Shown: positions 18,722-28,248 of the stretch, one piece after another
How the letters are laid out: each line of letters opens with the position of its first letter
Position numbering within the stretch: position 1 is the first letter of the stretch
Source: Candidatus Bathyarchaeia archaeon
GTDB taxonomy: Archaea; Thermoproteota; Bathyarchaeia; Bathyarchaeales; Bathycorpusculaceae
Direction: 5' to 3'
Assembly (NCBI GenBank): GCA_050012755.1
Contig: JBEKGO010000003.1
Location: forward strand, 29,168 to 93,167
DNA: 64,000 nucleotides
Translations under genes and position numbers: made by a program
Notes under the pieces: model-generated
Seen by the model: only the letters and a program-made list of their open reading frames with translations
The model's database searches: none
Told to the model about the DNA's origin: nothing

Positions 18722-18855
18722 TTTAAAAATTATTTGTGAATGATATGGGGCTGAGTGGGCTCTGGTTGAATCTTGATTTCCTTAGGTTTGTTGTGATAAC
18801 GCATTTTCATTTGCGTTTTTCTTCCTTTGTTCTGTTCCAGAACCTCAGCAAACCC
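18722..18855 (-). repeat. CCTCAGCAAACCC-ended dispersed repeat, copy 2
   Basis: TTTAAAAATTAT..GATATGGGGCTGAG...CCTCAGCAAACCC. Confidence 0.85.
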
Positions 18856-18899
18856 ATTCCAAAGGAATAGAAAAAAGTGTTGCGGGATGATAAGAAACG

Positions 18900-19301
18900 A
18901 TGCTGATTGAGAACGAAAAAAAGGAATATGTTAAACAAGCCAACAATCGCGGGCGAACTAGACAATCAGAGGTCATTACGAAAACAATAGATAACTCGAA
19001 TGAGAAACACCGAAACTGTCAACGTGAATGGATTAGAAAGCATCCAGATTACATGAAAGAATGGAAGAGTAGGAATAAGGAGAAACAGAGGCATTATAGG
19101 GAAACTTGGAATAAGAAGCACCCGAACTACTACCGTGAATGGATTAAGAAGCACCCAAATTACATGAGAGATTGCTTGAAAGAACGGAAGGGTAATGCGA
19201 AGGGGTTAAACGCTGGAGTCACTCTAAAAACTGAAGTTGTCGATTTGACTGCGATTTCTGAGTCAGACAAAAGTATTGCGGCGAAAATATTGAAACAATG
19301 A
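18900..19301 (+). CDS. Basic protein with (Y)xxEWxxKHPxY repeats
   Basis: REWIRKHPDY, ETWNKKHPNY, EWIKKHPNY; style seen in mobile-element accessory proteins. Confidence 0.55.
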   Translation: MLIENEKKEYVKQANNRGRTRQSEVITKTIDNSNEKHRNCQREWIRKHPDYMKEWKSRNKEKQRHYRETWNKKHPNYYREWIKKHPNYMRDCLKERKGNAKGLNAGVTLKTEVVDLTAISESDKSIAAKILKQ

Positions 19302-19355
19302 GAAGGAAATTTGTCGGCAAACAAATTGGATTGTAGAACAGTCTAACTGGTGCAA

Positions 19356-19540
19356 AGGAAGCGACCGTAAAAATGCCAAAACAAATTTTCATTTCCCTTC
19401 TTTTGGATACTGAAAGAATGTGTGAAAAAGAATGGGGATTGAGTAGGCTTTGGATAATATTCACATAGTTGCAGTTGAGAATGGTTTAATCATTTCTCAT
19501 TCTTTTCTCCTTAGTCTGTTCCAGAGCTCCAGCAAACCCC
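19356..19540 (+). repeat. Duplicate of the propeller-gene 3' end, terminator and repeat copy 3
   Basis: AGGAAGCGACCGTAAAAATGC identical at 18669-18689 and 19356-19376; similarity continues to CTCCAGCAAACCC. Confidence 0.85.
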
Positions 19541-19647
19541 TTTAAAAATTATTGCTGGATGATATGGGGCTGAATAGGCTCTAGTTTGAATCTCTCTTAT
19601 CCTTAATTTTTTTTCTTCCTTAGTTTGTCCAGAGCCTCAGCAAACCC
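19541..19647 (-). repeat. CCTCAGCAAACCC-ended dispersed repeat, copy 4 (tandem to copy 3)
   Basis: TTTAAAAATTATTGCTGGATGATATGGGGCTGAATAGG...CCTCAGCAAACCC, closest to copy 2. Confidence 0.85.
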
Positions 19648-19868
19648 TTCGCAATAAATAGAAAAAAATGTAATAGTTAGGAAGAAAGATGCTGACTGAG
19701 ATAGAGTTATCTTCTAAGAGAGGCAACCAAGTGGATATATGACGCAAGAAGCGCAGTGCGATTGCTAGGCAACATAAAAATGGTTCTTCCGGTTTGTCTG
19801 CATTAATTGGAAGCGAAAAGGTGAAAAGCCACCGCGTATAATAATCCAAAACGACGAGGACTCTGACA

Positions 19869-20069
19869 ATGAGTGATCAACCAAATATAGCAACTATCCA
19901 GTTAAACGGCGATAAACAAAACTTCATTATTGAAAAGAAAGATTTCAAAACAGGCAGCAGAGGATACTATGGGACAGGCAAGATGGTGGCCGCGGGCAAA
20001 AAGTACCAGATAAGCATACAAGTTGTGGAAATCGGCTCAAAGCCCAAAGAAGAAAAGAAAGAAAAGTAA
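19869..20069 (+). CDS. Small conserved hypothetical protein
   Basis: GAGGA RBS; KDFKTGSRGYYGTGK...KYQISIQVVEIGSK beta-rich pattern. Confidence 0.75.
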   Translation: MSDQPNIATIQLNGDKQNFIIEKKDFKTGSRGYYGTGKMVAAGKKYQISIQVVEIGSKPKEEKKEK

Positions 20070-20098
20070 TCAACCATTTCTTAAATTCTTATTTTTGT

Positions 20099-20581
20099 TT
20101 AAGGCACAATTGATACACTAATTATTGTAACATTTCTAAGCGGTTTGTCTTTTGAGTTCGTCCTTACTTTAGCGATTGCATCGACCACTTCCATTCCAGA
20201 GATGACTTTGCCGAAAGCTGGGTGTTTGCTGTCTAAGAAATTATTGTCTGCTTGATTGATGAAAAATTGGCTGCTTCCGGTGTTTGGACCTGCGTTTGCC
20301 ATTGATATTGTGCCTCTGTCGTTGCGATTGGTTCTAGTAAATTCGTTTTTAATGTCGGGTATTGATGGGTCACCATACCCGGTACCTGTGGGGTCGCCAC
20401 CTTGAATCATAAAGCCAGATATTACCCTGTGGAAGATTGTGCCGTTAAAGGTTCCCTTCTGGACTAAATTCTTAAAGTTGCCTGTGGTTATTGGCATGTC
20501 GTTACGTAGTTGGATAGTTATGTCACCCATGTTGGTTTGGAGCAAAATTTTTACTCCGTTGGTATATTCGTTTGAAGCCAT
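20099..20581 (-). CDS. Cyclophilin-type peptidyl-prolyl isomerase (cytoplasmic)
   Basis: FHRVISGFMIQGGD, SMANAGPNTGSSQFFIN, HPAFGKV. Confidence 0.95.
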   Translation of the reverse strand: MASNEYTNGVKILLQTNMGDITIQLRNDMPITTGNFKNLVQKGTFNGTIFHRVISGFMIQGGDPTGTGYGDPSIPDIKNEFTRTNRNDRGTISMANAGPNTGSSQFFINQADNNFLDSKHPAFGKVISGMEVVDAIAKVRTNSKDKPLRNVTIISVSIVP

Positions 20582-20710
20582 AATTTATTCCCAATTATCA
20601 ATTAGAATAATTTCTATTATGCCTATTGCAGGCAGAGCGTTCGTGAGGAGTTGCCTCCGCTAAAATCTTTGCTGAAAAGAGAGAAAACTAAAAAAACTTT
20701 TATTGTATGC

Positions 20711-21424
20711 TTAAGTCACGATTGATGCTTTTATGATTGTGACTGGATTTACTGGTTGACTATTTTCTCCCGTAGCACTCGTAGTAACTGGCGCATTAGC
20801 TATTGCATCAACAACGCTTTGACCTGAGATTACTGTTCCAAATACTGTGTAGGTGCCATCAAAGGTCGAGCCGTCGGAGTAGGTTATTCCGCTGTTGTCT
20901 GCTACATTTATGAAGAATTCGCTTGTTGCCGAGTTAGGACTGCTGGTTTTTGCCATTGCTATTGTGTACTTTGTATTGTGGTTGTTTGTGCCTATCTCGT
21001 CTTTTATAGTCGGGGTGTTTTCAGTTATGCTTCCGCCTTGAATCATGAAGCCAGCTATGACACGATGGAATGTTGTGCCGTTGTACCATCCTTTTTGAAC
21101 GATGTTTATGAAATTGGCGGTTGTTATGGGTTTGTCCGTCCGAAGTTGAATTGTTATATCGCCTGCACTTGTTTGCAATAGAACTTTTGTTCCTGTGACG
21201 GTTGTTGGAGTTGCTGTAGAGGTTGCCGTTGGAGTTGTGGTTGGAGTTGCAGATGGAGTTGAAGCAGTTGGGGATGAAGTTGGATTAGTTGACTGACTTG
21301 CGGTTTGACTGCCTGGCGCTCGTATTACAGCATATGCACCTATAACAATTATAACCAAAACTATTATGCCAATTACATAAGACTGTATATTGGACTTTTT
21401 CTTAGGCGTTTTTTTGTTTGCCAT
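20711..21424 (-). CDS. Membrane-anchored cyclophilin with T/P/S-rich linker
   Basis: N-terminal TM helix, TPT repeats, FHRVIAGFMIQGG, YTVFGTV. Confidence 0.92.
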   Translation of the reverse strand: MANKKTPKKKSNIQSYVIGIIVLVIIVIGAYAVIRAPGSQTASQSTNPTSSPTASTPSATPTTTPTATSTATPTTVTGTKVLLQTSAGDITIQLRTDKPITTANFINIVQKGWYNGTTFHRVIAGFMIQGGSITENTPTIKDEIGTNNHNTKYTIAMAKTSSPNSATSEFFINVADNSGITYSDGSTFDGTYTVFGTVISGQSVVDAIANAPVTTSATGENSQPVNPVTIIKASIVT

Positions 21425-21717
21425 ATCCCAGACATTTAACTGCTTATCATATAAAATTTTCTAATTTTTGCCAACGAGTTGACAGTTTTGTGTTTCTATC
21501 AGTGATATGTCGGCGAAATGCCCAGGTTATTTACTAGACTGACGTAATGAAATGGTTAGCTCCAACCGATGGGAAATTAATAATTTGTCTGCTGCGTCAA
21601 CTTCATTTAGTTTTTCAATATTGATTTTAGTCTTGCTTTCAACCGCCTTTCCGATAGCGAAACGGCAAATTAGAAATAAATGTGCCTTCTGATATTGTTT
21701 GAATAAGGCGAAGTGTT

Positions 21718-23265
21718 ATGACGGATGTAGTGTTTGTCTTTGAAGTTCACCAGCCACATCGGCTGAGACGGAACCTGTTTTGGGAAGGGAAAGTTTTCAG
21801 GCGCTTGAAGAAAGAAGAATTATTTAATTATTATTTTGACAATGAGGTTGACAGAGAAATTTTTAAGAGGGCTGCACGTAAATGCTATTTTCCTTCAAAC
21901 CAGATACTTCTTGATACAATAGACAAGTACAAGCATCTCCAAAAACAAGCCAAATTCTCATTCAGTGTTTCAGGAGTCTTCCTTGAACAATGTGAAATGT
22001 TTGATCCTGACCTCCTCGAAACTTTCAAGCAGCTAGCCGAATCTGGCAAAATAGAATTTCTAAACCAAACCTACTATCACTCAATCGCAAGCCTTTACCC
22101 AGACAAAGAAGAATTCATTGAACAAACAAAAATGCACAAAGAAACAGTAAAAGACCTGCTCGGCTGTATACCTACAGTTTTTGAGAACACAGAACTACTC
22201 TATAACAACACAATCGCCAAAACAGTTGAAGCCTTGGGTTACAAGGGAATCTACACTGAAGGCATTGAGAAAATTCTTGGCGAAAAATCTCCAAACTACC
22301 TCTATACCCCTAAAGGCGCCAAAAAAATTCGTGTTCTCCTTCGCAATTACAAATTAACTGATGATATTGGGTTTAGGTTTTCCGCAAGATGGTGGCCTGA
22401 ATGGCCCTTGACTGCAGATAAATATGCAGGCTGGTTAGCGGGTACTCCTGGTGAATGCATTAGTATTTTTCCTGACTACGAAACTTTCGGTGAGCATCAC
22501 TGGCCCGAAACTGGAATTCACAGTTTCCTGCAGCATCTTCCCGACGAGATATTGAAGTTTGAACATTTGCAGATGGCTACCCCCTCTGAGGTGATAGCTA
22601 AACATGCATCTGCAGGAGAAATTGACGTTCCCGAATCCGAAGGCACCGTTTCTTGGGCAGACGTCCAAAGGGACCAAACTGGGTGGCTTGGTAACGTTAT
22701 GCAGTGGGCGTATTACACTGCATTGAGGCGGTTGGAGCCATTCATTAAAGAAGCAGACGAACCTGAATTTCTTAAATTGTGGCGTGACTTCCAAACAAGC
22801 GACCATTTATACTACATGTTTACTGCAGGCGGTGGACCTGGAGAAGTCCACTCTTACTTCAGTCCATTCGAATCCCCTATGGATGCTTTCGTCGTAGCGC
22901 AAACACTGCTAAATGAATTTGAAGCTAGACTCAGACTGGCGATTTTAACTGCAAATGAGCCTTTCTTGTTCTACACAGGCGTTGGAAAAGAATATTGCAC
23001 AGGAATTATGGCTTGGAGCATGAAAGGATTTCTTAAAGCGATAAAGGAAGTTAACGCTAAAGCCATAGAGTTCCATGTTAGCAACGGAGATTTTGAAAGC
23101 TGGGCCCAGAGTTCACTTAAAGATCAAGAATTGGCATTGCATTTTAAGGAAATTAAAGATTCAAAAGAAAGAGGAGAAAAACTTCGGGAAACAATAATTG
23201 ATTTTACAAGTAAACGCTTTGCAGTCTTAAACAAGCAAACGCAGGATGCAACCAAACTCTTCTAA
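21718..23265 (+). CDS. GH57 alpha-amylase with C-terminal DUF5752-like domain
   Basis: FEVHQP, TYYHS, ENTEL, DYETFGEH, QTSDH; C-terminal 'IEFH...GDFESW'. Confidence 0.92.
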   Translation: MTDVVFVFEVHQPHRLRRNLFWEGKVFRRLKKEELFNYYFDNEVDREIFKRAARKCYFPSNQILLDTIDKYKHLQKQAKFSFSVSGVFLEQCEMFDPDLLETFKQLAESGKIEFLNQTYYHSIASLYPDKEEFIEQTKMHKETVKDLLGCIPTVFENTELLYNNTIAKTVEALGYKGIYTEGIEKILGEKSPNYLYTPKGAKKIRVLLRNYKLTDDIGFRFSARWWPEWPLTADKYAGWLAGTPGECISIFPDYETFGEHHWPETGIHSFLQHLPDEILKFEHLQMATPSEVIAKHASAGEIDVPESEGTVSWADVQRDQTGWLGNVMQWAYYTALRRLEPFIKEADEPEFLKLWRDFQTSDHLYYMFTAGGGPGEVHSYFSPFESPMDAFVVAQTLLNEFEARLRLAILTANEPFLFYTGVGKEYCTGIMAWSMKGFLKAIKEVNAKAIEFHVSNGDFESWAQSSLKDQELALHFKEIKDSKERGEKLRETIIDFTSKRFAVLNKQTQDATKLF

Positions 23266-23326
23266 AACCCTCTTACGCGTATGCGTTTATAAGAGAAGTT
23301 GCCCTAAATAATGACGGTGCGCTAAA

Positions 23327-23578
23327 ATGAGAGAAGAACTTCCTTTTCCCGATAAGGTTTTACAAACACTACATAACCTATGCGCCACAGCAGCTGATTT
23401 GGCAAGAAGAGGCGAAGAAGTTGCCCGGCTTATGCAGAAAGATCCAAATGAAATTGAAAGCATTTTGGATAGGTACAAGGCTGAAGGATTCGCTGAAAGC
23501 TTTGTGGATAATGAAGGAAAAAAACGCTACTATCTTAACGCAAGAGGAATAATCAAGGTCTGCTCGCTTTTCACGTAG
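23327..23578 (+). CDS. Small winged-helix protein
   Basis: HTH-like helices with 'KKRYYLNARG' wing; co-oriented in GT operon. Confidence 0.65.
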   Translation: MREELPFPDKVLQTLHNLCATAADLARRGEEVARLMQKDPNEIESILDRYKAEGFAESFVDNEGKKRYYLNARGIIKVCSLFT

Positions 23579-23585
23579 TGGAATC

Positions 23586-24209
23586 ATGCGTGTAATAGTT
23601 TTATCATGGGAGTATCCGCCAAGAGTAGTAGGTAAACTCTCTGAATATGTTAAAGCCCTCTCAACGCAACTATCTACTAAAAAAGTAGAAGTTAACGTTG
23701 TAACATACGACGATATTTTAACAGGGCTATACCGAGAACCAAGCGGGGTCAGAACAGTTCGGGTGTCAAACCCTGTTCGAACTCACATTGGCGTTTTAAC
23801 ATGGGCTTTGACATTAAATCAGGAAGTAGAAAGAGCGGCAGCAAACATTTACTATCAAGACAACAAGCAAATTGACCTTGTCGACGTATTTGACTGGCAT
23901 TTCATACCTGCAGCAGTCACATTAAAAAGTGGACTTGAAATACCGTTTGTTTATTCCGTTGAAAGCTTAGAAGATCATCGTTCTCAAGCTTTAAACACGT
24001 CTAACACTTTGGCAATTAAAAGTATTGAATGGTTGGGGTTCTTCGAGGCTGAGAAAATCAGCGTTAAATCAGAGTGGATGCGTGACGAAGTCATCCGAAT
24101 TTATAAGGTACCTAAAGAAAAAATAGTTGTTATTTCAACCGATTCCGATTCCTGGATTACAGACGTCCTTAAACTATACAAAAGTGTGGGTGGATTGAAA
24201 ATCAAGTGA
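23586..24209 (+). CDS. GT4 glycosyltransferase N-terminal domain only
   Basis: LSWEYPPRVVG, DWH; lacks the C-terminal EPFG donor-binding domain. Confidence 0.8.
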   Translation: MRVIVLSWEYPPRVVGKLSEYVKALSTQLSTKKVEVNVVTYDDILTGLYREPSGVRTVRVSNPVRTHIGVLTWALTLNQEVERAAANIYYQDNKQIDLVDVFDWHFIPAAVTLKSGLEIPFVYSVESLEDHRSQALNTSNTLAIKSIEWLGFFEAEKISVKSEWMRDEVIRIYKVPKEKIVVISTDSDSWITDVLKLYKSVGGLKIK

Positions 24210-25411
24210 AAGACGACTTAACCGTTATGATGCTAAGCTGGGAGTTTCCACCAAGAGTAATCGGAGGCATATCTCCGCACATTTATTTTCTATCAAAAAA
24301 CCTGGTAAAACAAGGCGTAAAAGTTTACGTGGTTACCTGCGATTTCCCAGATACACCCGCTCATGAAGTAATTGACGGTGTTGAAGTTTACAGAATTGAC
24401 TCTTACAAGAACCCAGCGCCTGATTTCGCCACTTGGGTTTACTTGATGAACCTGAATATGCAAAAAGAAACAGCTGCCATAACGAGAAGAATTGGAAACA
24501 CAATTGATGTTTTTCACGCTCACGATTGGCTTGTGGCAAATGCAGGTATTGGACTTAAACATGTTTTTCGAAAGCCGCTTTTGGTGACTATGCATTCAAC
24601 TGAAATCGGAAGAAGAGACGGATTGCATACTGACACTGAAAAAATGATTCATGAAACTGAGGCTTGGTTAACGTATGAAGCTTGGCGTGTTGTTTGCTGC
24701 AGCGAATACATGGTTTCACATGTTAAATGGGCTTTTGGGCTTCCAAATGATAAGTTAGTTATGATCCCCAACGGTGTAAACACCCAATCTTATCGCGAAG
24801 TACCTGATGATTTGAAAGAGTTCCGTAGCAAGTTTGCTTTGCCAGAAGAAAAAATAGTGCTTTTCGTAGGACGACTGGTATATGAAAAAGGCATTCATGT
24901 GCTAATTAATGCTGTTCCAAAAATCTTGCAAAAAGTCAACGCTAAATTCATCATTGTCGGCAGCGGCTACATGAAAGAGCAACTGTTAAACATTGTGCGC
25001 AGCATGGGACTTGAACATAAAGTTCTCTTCGAAGGTTTCCTAGATGAAGAAAGCTTGATTAAACTTCAGAAATGTGCTGATGTGTCTGTTGTGCCGTCAC
25101 TTTTTGAACCGTTCGGAATTGTTGCGTTGGAAGCTATGGCTGCGAAAAGCCCAGTTGTTGCATCTGATACGGGCGGTTTATCGGAAATCATTGAGCATGA
25201 TGTAACAGGGGTTAAAGTTTACCCGAATAATCCTGATTCATTAGCTTGGGGAATCACAAAGGTTTTGGTTGATAATTACTACCGAAACACTATCAGCGAA
25301 AATGCCTATAGAAGAGTTCTAGAAAAGTATGATTGGGCAAAAATTGCGCAGCAAACCAAGGGTGTTTATGAGAGCGTTATAGGCGAGTATTCAAAGAGTT
25401 TCTGGGCATAA
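24206..25411 (+). CDS. GT4 glycosyltransferase (glycogen synthase-like)
   Basis: WEFPPRVIGG, HAHDW, GRLVYEKG, EPFGIVALEAM. Confidence 0.92.
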   Translation: MKDDLTVMMLSWEFPPRVIGGISPHIYFLSKNLVKQGVKVYVVTCDFPDTPAHEVIDGVEVYRIDSYKNPAPDFATWVYLMNLNMQKETAAITRRIGNTIDVFHAHDWLVANAGIGLKHVFRKPLLVTMHSTEIGRRDGLHTDTEKMIHETEAWLTYEAWRVVCCSEYMVSHVKWAFGLPNDKLVMIPNGVNTQSYREVPDDLKEFRSKFALPEEKIVLFVGRLVYEKGIHVLINAVPKILQKVNAKFIIVGSGYMKEQLLNIVRSMGLEHKVLFEGFLDEESLIKLQKCADVSVVPSLFEPFGIVALEAMAAKSPVVASDTGGLSEIIEHDVTGVKVYPNNPDSLAWGITKVLVDNYYRNTISENAYRRVLEKYDWAKIAQQTKGVYESVIGEYSKSFWA

Positions 25412-25417
25412 CAGATT

Positions 25418-26758
25418 TTATTTTCCAATCACTCGTACATTTTCAACTTGAATCCAAGGCGAAATCAACTGACCCATCTGCCGCTCATTACTGCTGACTA
25501 AACTTACGTTTTTCAGCACTTCAAATATGTTGCCTGCCAGCATAACGCCTCGGCTACAGTGATCTATTTCTCCGTTCTTTATTTTCCAGGCTGGAGTTGC
25601 AACAACCGAGAATTCGCCGCTTACAGGGTTACTGCTGTGAGCACCCTGCAGGTAATAGATTATTAGACCGTCATCTACTTCGCTTAGCATTTCATCGGAT
25701 GTTTTGTTTCCAGGCATAATGTGAAAGTTTGTGGTGTCGATGCTGGGAGTTGAGAGGTATCCTGCTCTGGAAGCGTTTCCAGTACTTTCTTTCCCATCTT
25801 TTTTGGCGGAGTAGTTGTCGTACAGAAAATTTTTCAGAATTCCTTTCTCTATCACTGTGGTCTTCTGATGTGGTACTCCTTCGCCGTCAAAAGCCCAAGT
25901 ACGTAATCCTCCTTGGAATAGGCCATCATCATGGATTGTTAGGTTATCTGACGCGACTTTTTCCCCAAGTTTGCCTTTAAACGGAGACTGATTTCTTTGT
26001 ACGTTGTCGGCTCTTATAGCGTTCACCAACGTATAAGCGAGAAGGTCCTGCAAAGCAAACTGCGTCAAAATAAGAGTAGTGGACTTTGTCTCTACTGCCT
26101 TAGTTTTTAAGGCTGAAAGAGCCATTTTCGCCGCTTCTTTTCCAACCCATTCAGGGTTAACATTGTAGTTTCTTGAAGCATTAAATTCGAAGCAAACTGG
26201 AGTAACAGTGTTTCCTTCTTTAGCCAGCGTCGCAATGCTGCATTCAATCACTGTTCCTTTATCGAAACCTGAGATCCCGTTGGAGTTGGAGACGGCGTTA
26301 GAAATATAGGCGTTGCCTACCCCTCCTTCAATTGGAGCCACACGTTTGTCAACTTGGCTGGCGGAATCAAGCATGGTTGCAGCTACATTAACTAGTTCGC
26401 CTGAGCTAATCGCAATAACTTTGTCGTCAAAAGTCTGCTTAGGCGAAGGGTAAGGTTTGCTTTGCGGAAGCCCATTCCAATCTAAGTCCGGTTTGCTCGC
26501 TTTTGCTGCACTCAAAGCACTGGCAATTGCGTTTTCAACCGCGTTTTGATCGTCAATGACGTTTGTGTAAGCGAAACCTATTGCTTTGTTTGCAGCCACC
26601 CTAATGCCTATGCCTCGGTCAATTATTCTATTAGTTTTACTGATTTGCCCCAGTTCAATACCGATGTTTGTCGCTTGCCCCTCGTAAACATAAGCTTCAG
26701 CTTCAGAGGCTCCTTTTTGCATAGCAATTTTAACTGCGTTTTCAGCTAAACTTAACAT
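25418..26758 (-). CDS. pmbA: PmbA/TldE family protein
   Basis: FDGEG, STGNASR, SGEFS; lacks HExxxH; downstream of tldD. Confidence 0.9.
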   Translation of the reverse strand: MLSLAENAVKIAMQKGASEAEAYVYEGQATNIGIELGQISKTNRIIDRGIGIRVAANKAIGFAYTNVIDDQNAVENAIASALSAAKASKPDLDWNGLPQSKPYPSPKQTFDDKVIAISSGELVNVAATMLDSASQVDKRVAPIEGGVGNAYISNAVSNSNGISGFDKGTVIECSIATLAKEGNTVTPVCFEFNASRNYNVNPEWVGKEAAKMALSALKTKAVETKSTTLILTQFALQDLLAYTLVNAIRADNVQRNQSPFKGKLGEKVASDNLTIHDDGLFQGGLRTWAFDGEGVPHQKTTVIEKGILKNFLYDNYSAKKDGKESTGNASRAGYLSTPSIDTTNFHIMPGNKTSDEMLSEVDDGLIIYYLQGAHSSNPVSGEFSVVATPAWKIKNGEIDHCSRGVMLAGNIFEVLKNVSLVSSNERQMGQLISPWIQVENVRVIGK

Positions 26759-26768
26759 TGTTTCTTTT

Positions 26769-28154
26769 TTAAGAGCTGCCACCGACAACCATCTCCTTAA
26801 CTCTAATGTGCGGACCACCATCACAAATGAACGCCGTTTGCCCTTTCCCGCATCTTCCTGGATCTAACATGAAATCTTTTCCCACAGCGTCAACATGATG
26901 TAAAGTTTCAAGAGTGTTTCCGCTCATTGATGCATCACGAACTGGAGCGCCTATTTCTCCATTAATTATTTCGTACCCTTCTTGGATGCCGACTTGGAAA
27001 GTACCGTCAAGGTTAGCTTGTCCACCCCTGAAACTCTTAAAGTAATAACCCTGTTTGATGTCTTCTACCAGCTCTTCGAAAGATTGATCTCTGGGAGCCA
27101 TGTAGGTGCATCGCATGCGAATTATTGGTTCTACACGGAAATCTTCAGCCCTAGCATTACCCGTGGGCTGGACGTTGAATTTTTGAGCCGTCTCACGATT
27201 ATGCATCAATCCAGCAACGACTCCGTCCTCTATAAGTAATGTTTTCTGAGTTTGAACCCCTTCATCATCATATTTGAAAGCGCCAAAAGAACCATCAATT
27301 GTGCCATCATCACAGAAAGTTACTAAATTTGAACCAATTTTCTTTCCAATGTTGCCTGCTAAAACACCGCCTGAAAGAGCCAAATCAGCTTCAGCCAGGT
27401 GCCCGAATGCTTCATGAACAAAAACTCCTACCACGTTTGGTCCCAAAACCACTGGGAACGTTCCCCCTTTTGGCGATTTAGCACTTAACTGTTCAATCGC
27501 GCGTTTTGCAACTTTTTCACCCAAAGCTTCAGGGGTTTGTTCATCGAATAATTCGTATCCTGCCGTTGAGCCAATTTCTTCCCGACTAAATGTGTAGACT
27601 CCCTCGCTGAGGGCTGAGGCAGTTATTCTTGCCCAAACATACAGTTTATCCTGCTCTATACTCGTGCCCTCACTGTTTACAAAATAACTTGTCCCAGTCA
27701 AATCTAGGTAATCCATGTTACAACTTTTAATTCGCTTGTCAAACCTCAAGCTTGCCTTGTTCACCGCCAAAGCAGTTTTAACTTTATCCTCCATCAAAAT
27801 ATCAGACGGGTTCTTCTTGGGCTTTGACACAACTCGGTCAGTAACGATTTTGGCTTCAGCAAGCTTAATCGGCGTTTTCAACCGTGAACTAGCCATCTTA
27901 GCCATCCTGCAAGCATCAGAAACTGCGCTCTCCAAAATATCTGGATCCAATGAGCCAACCGATGCAAAACCCCAAGCACCGTTTACTAGCACACGCAAAG
28001 CAACGCCGTTCTCAATGCCCTGTTTGGCTGCTTCTACTCGCTCTTCCTTTACGTTGAGCATTGTTTTGTGGAGTTTTTGGGCTCGGGCTTCAGCGTATTG
28101 AGCGGCGAATTTTTGGGTGGCTATGCTGTTAATTTTTGTTAGAAGGTCTTTCAA
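26769..28154 (-). CDS. tldD: TldD metalloprotease
   Basis: [26 protein letters not shown]...GGPH. Confidence 0.93.
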   Translation of the reverse strand: MKDLLTKINSIATQKFAAQYAEARAQKLHKTMLNVKEERVEAAKQGIENGVALRVLVNGAWGFASVGSLDPDILESAVSDACRMAKMASSRLKTPIKLAEAKIVTDRVVSKPKKNPSDILMEDKVKTALAVNKASLRFDKRIKSCNMDYLDLTGTSYFVNSEGTSIEQDKLYVWARITASALSEGVYTFSREEIGSTAGYELFDEQTPEALGEKVAKRAIEQLSAKSPKGGTFPVVLGPNVVGVFVHEAFGHLAEADLALSGGVLAGNIGKKIGSNLVTFCDDGTIDGSFGAFKYDDEGVQTQKTLLIEDGVVAGLMHNRETAQKFNVQPTGNARAEDFRVEPIIRMRCTYMAPRDQSFEELVEDIKQGYYFKSFRGGQANLDGTFQVGIQEGYEIINGEIGAPVRDASMSGNTLETLHHVDAVGKDFMLDPGRCGKGQTAFICDGGPHIRVKEMVVGGSS

Positions 28155-28248
28155 GTGGTATCTGTCCTTAGTAAGTTGGATTGTTTAACTAGACTTCTTT
28201 AGTGGAATTAAATCATTCCGTTGCCTGATTGCATAGAAAATTGTTGAT

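Noticed and set aside
14121-19647. CRISPR repeats or integron attC sites
   Set aside because: Spacing is irregular (about 0.1-4.6 kb), I could not find paired RYYYAAC/GTTRRRY boxes with a long hairpin, and no IntI is present.
25418-28154. TldD/TldE as part of a RiPP cluster
   Set aside because: No precursor peptide, YcaO or other modification enzyme adjacent; a common housekeeping pair.
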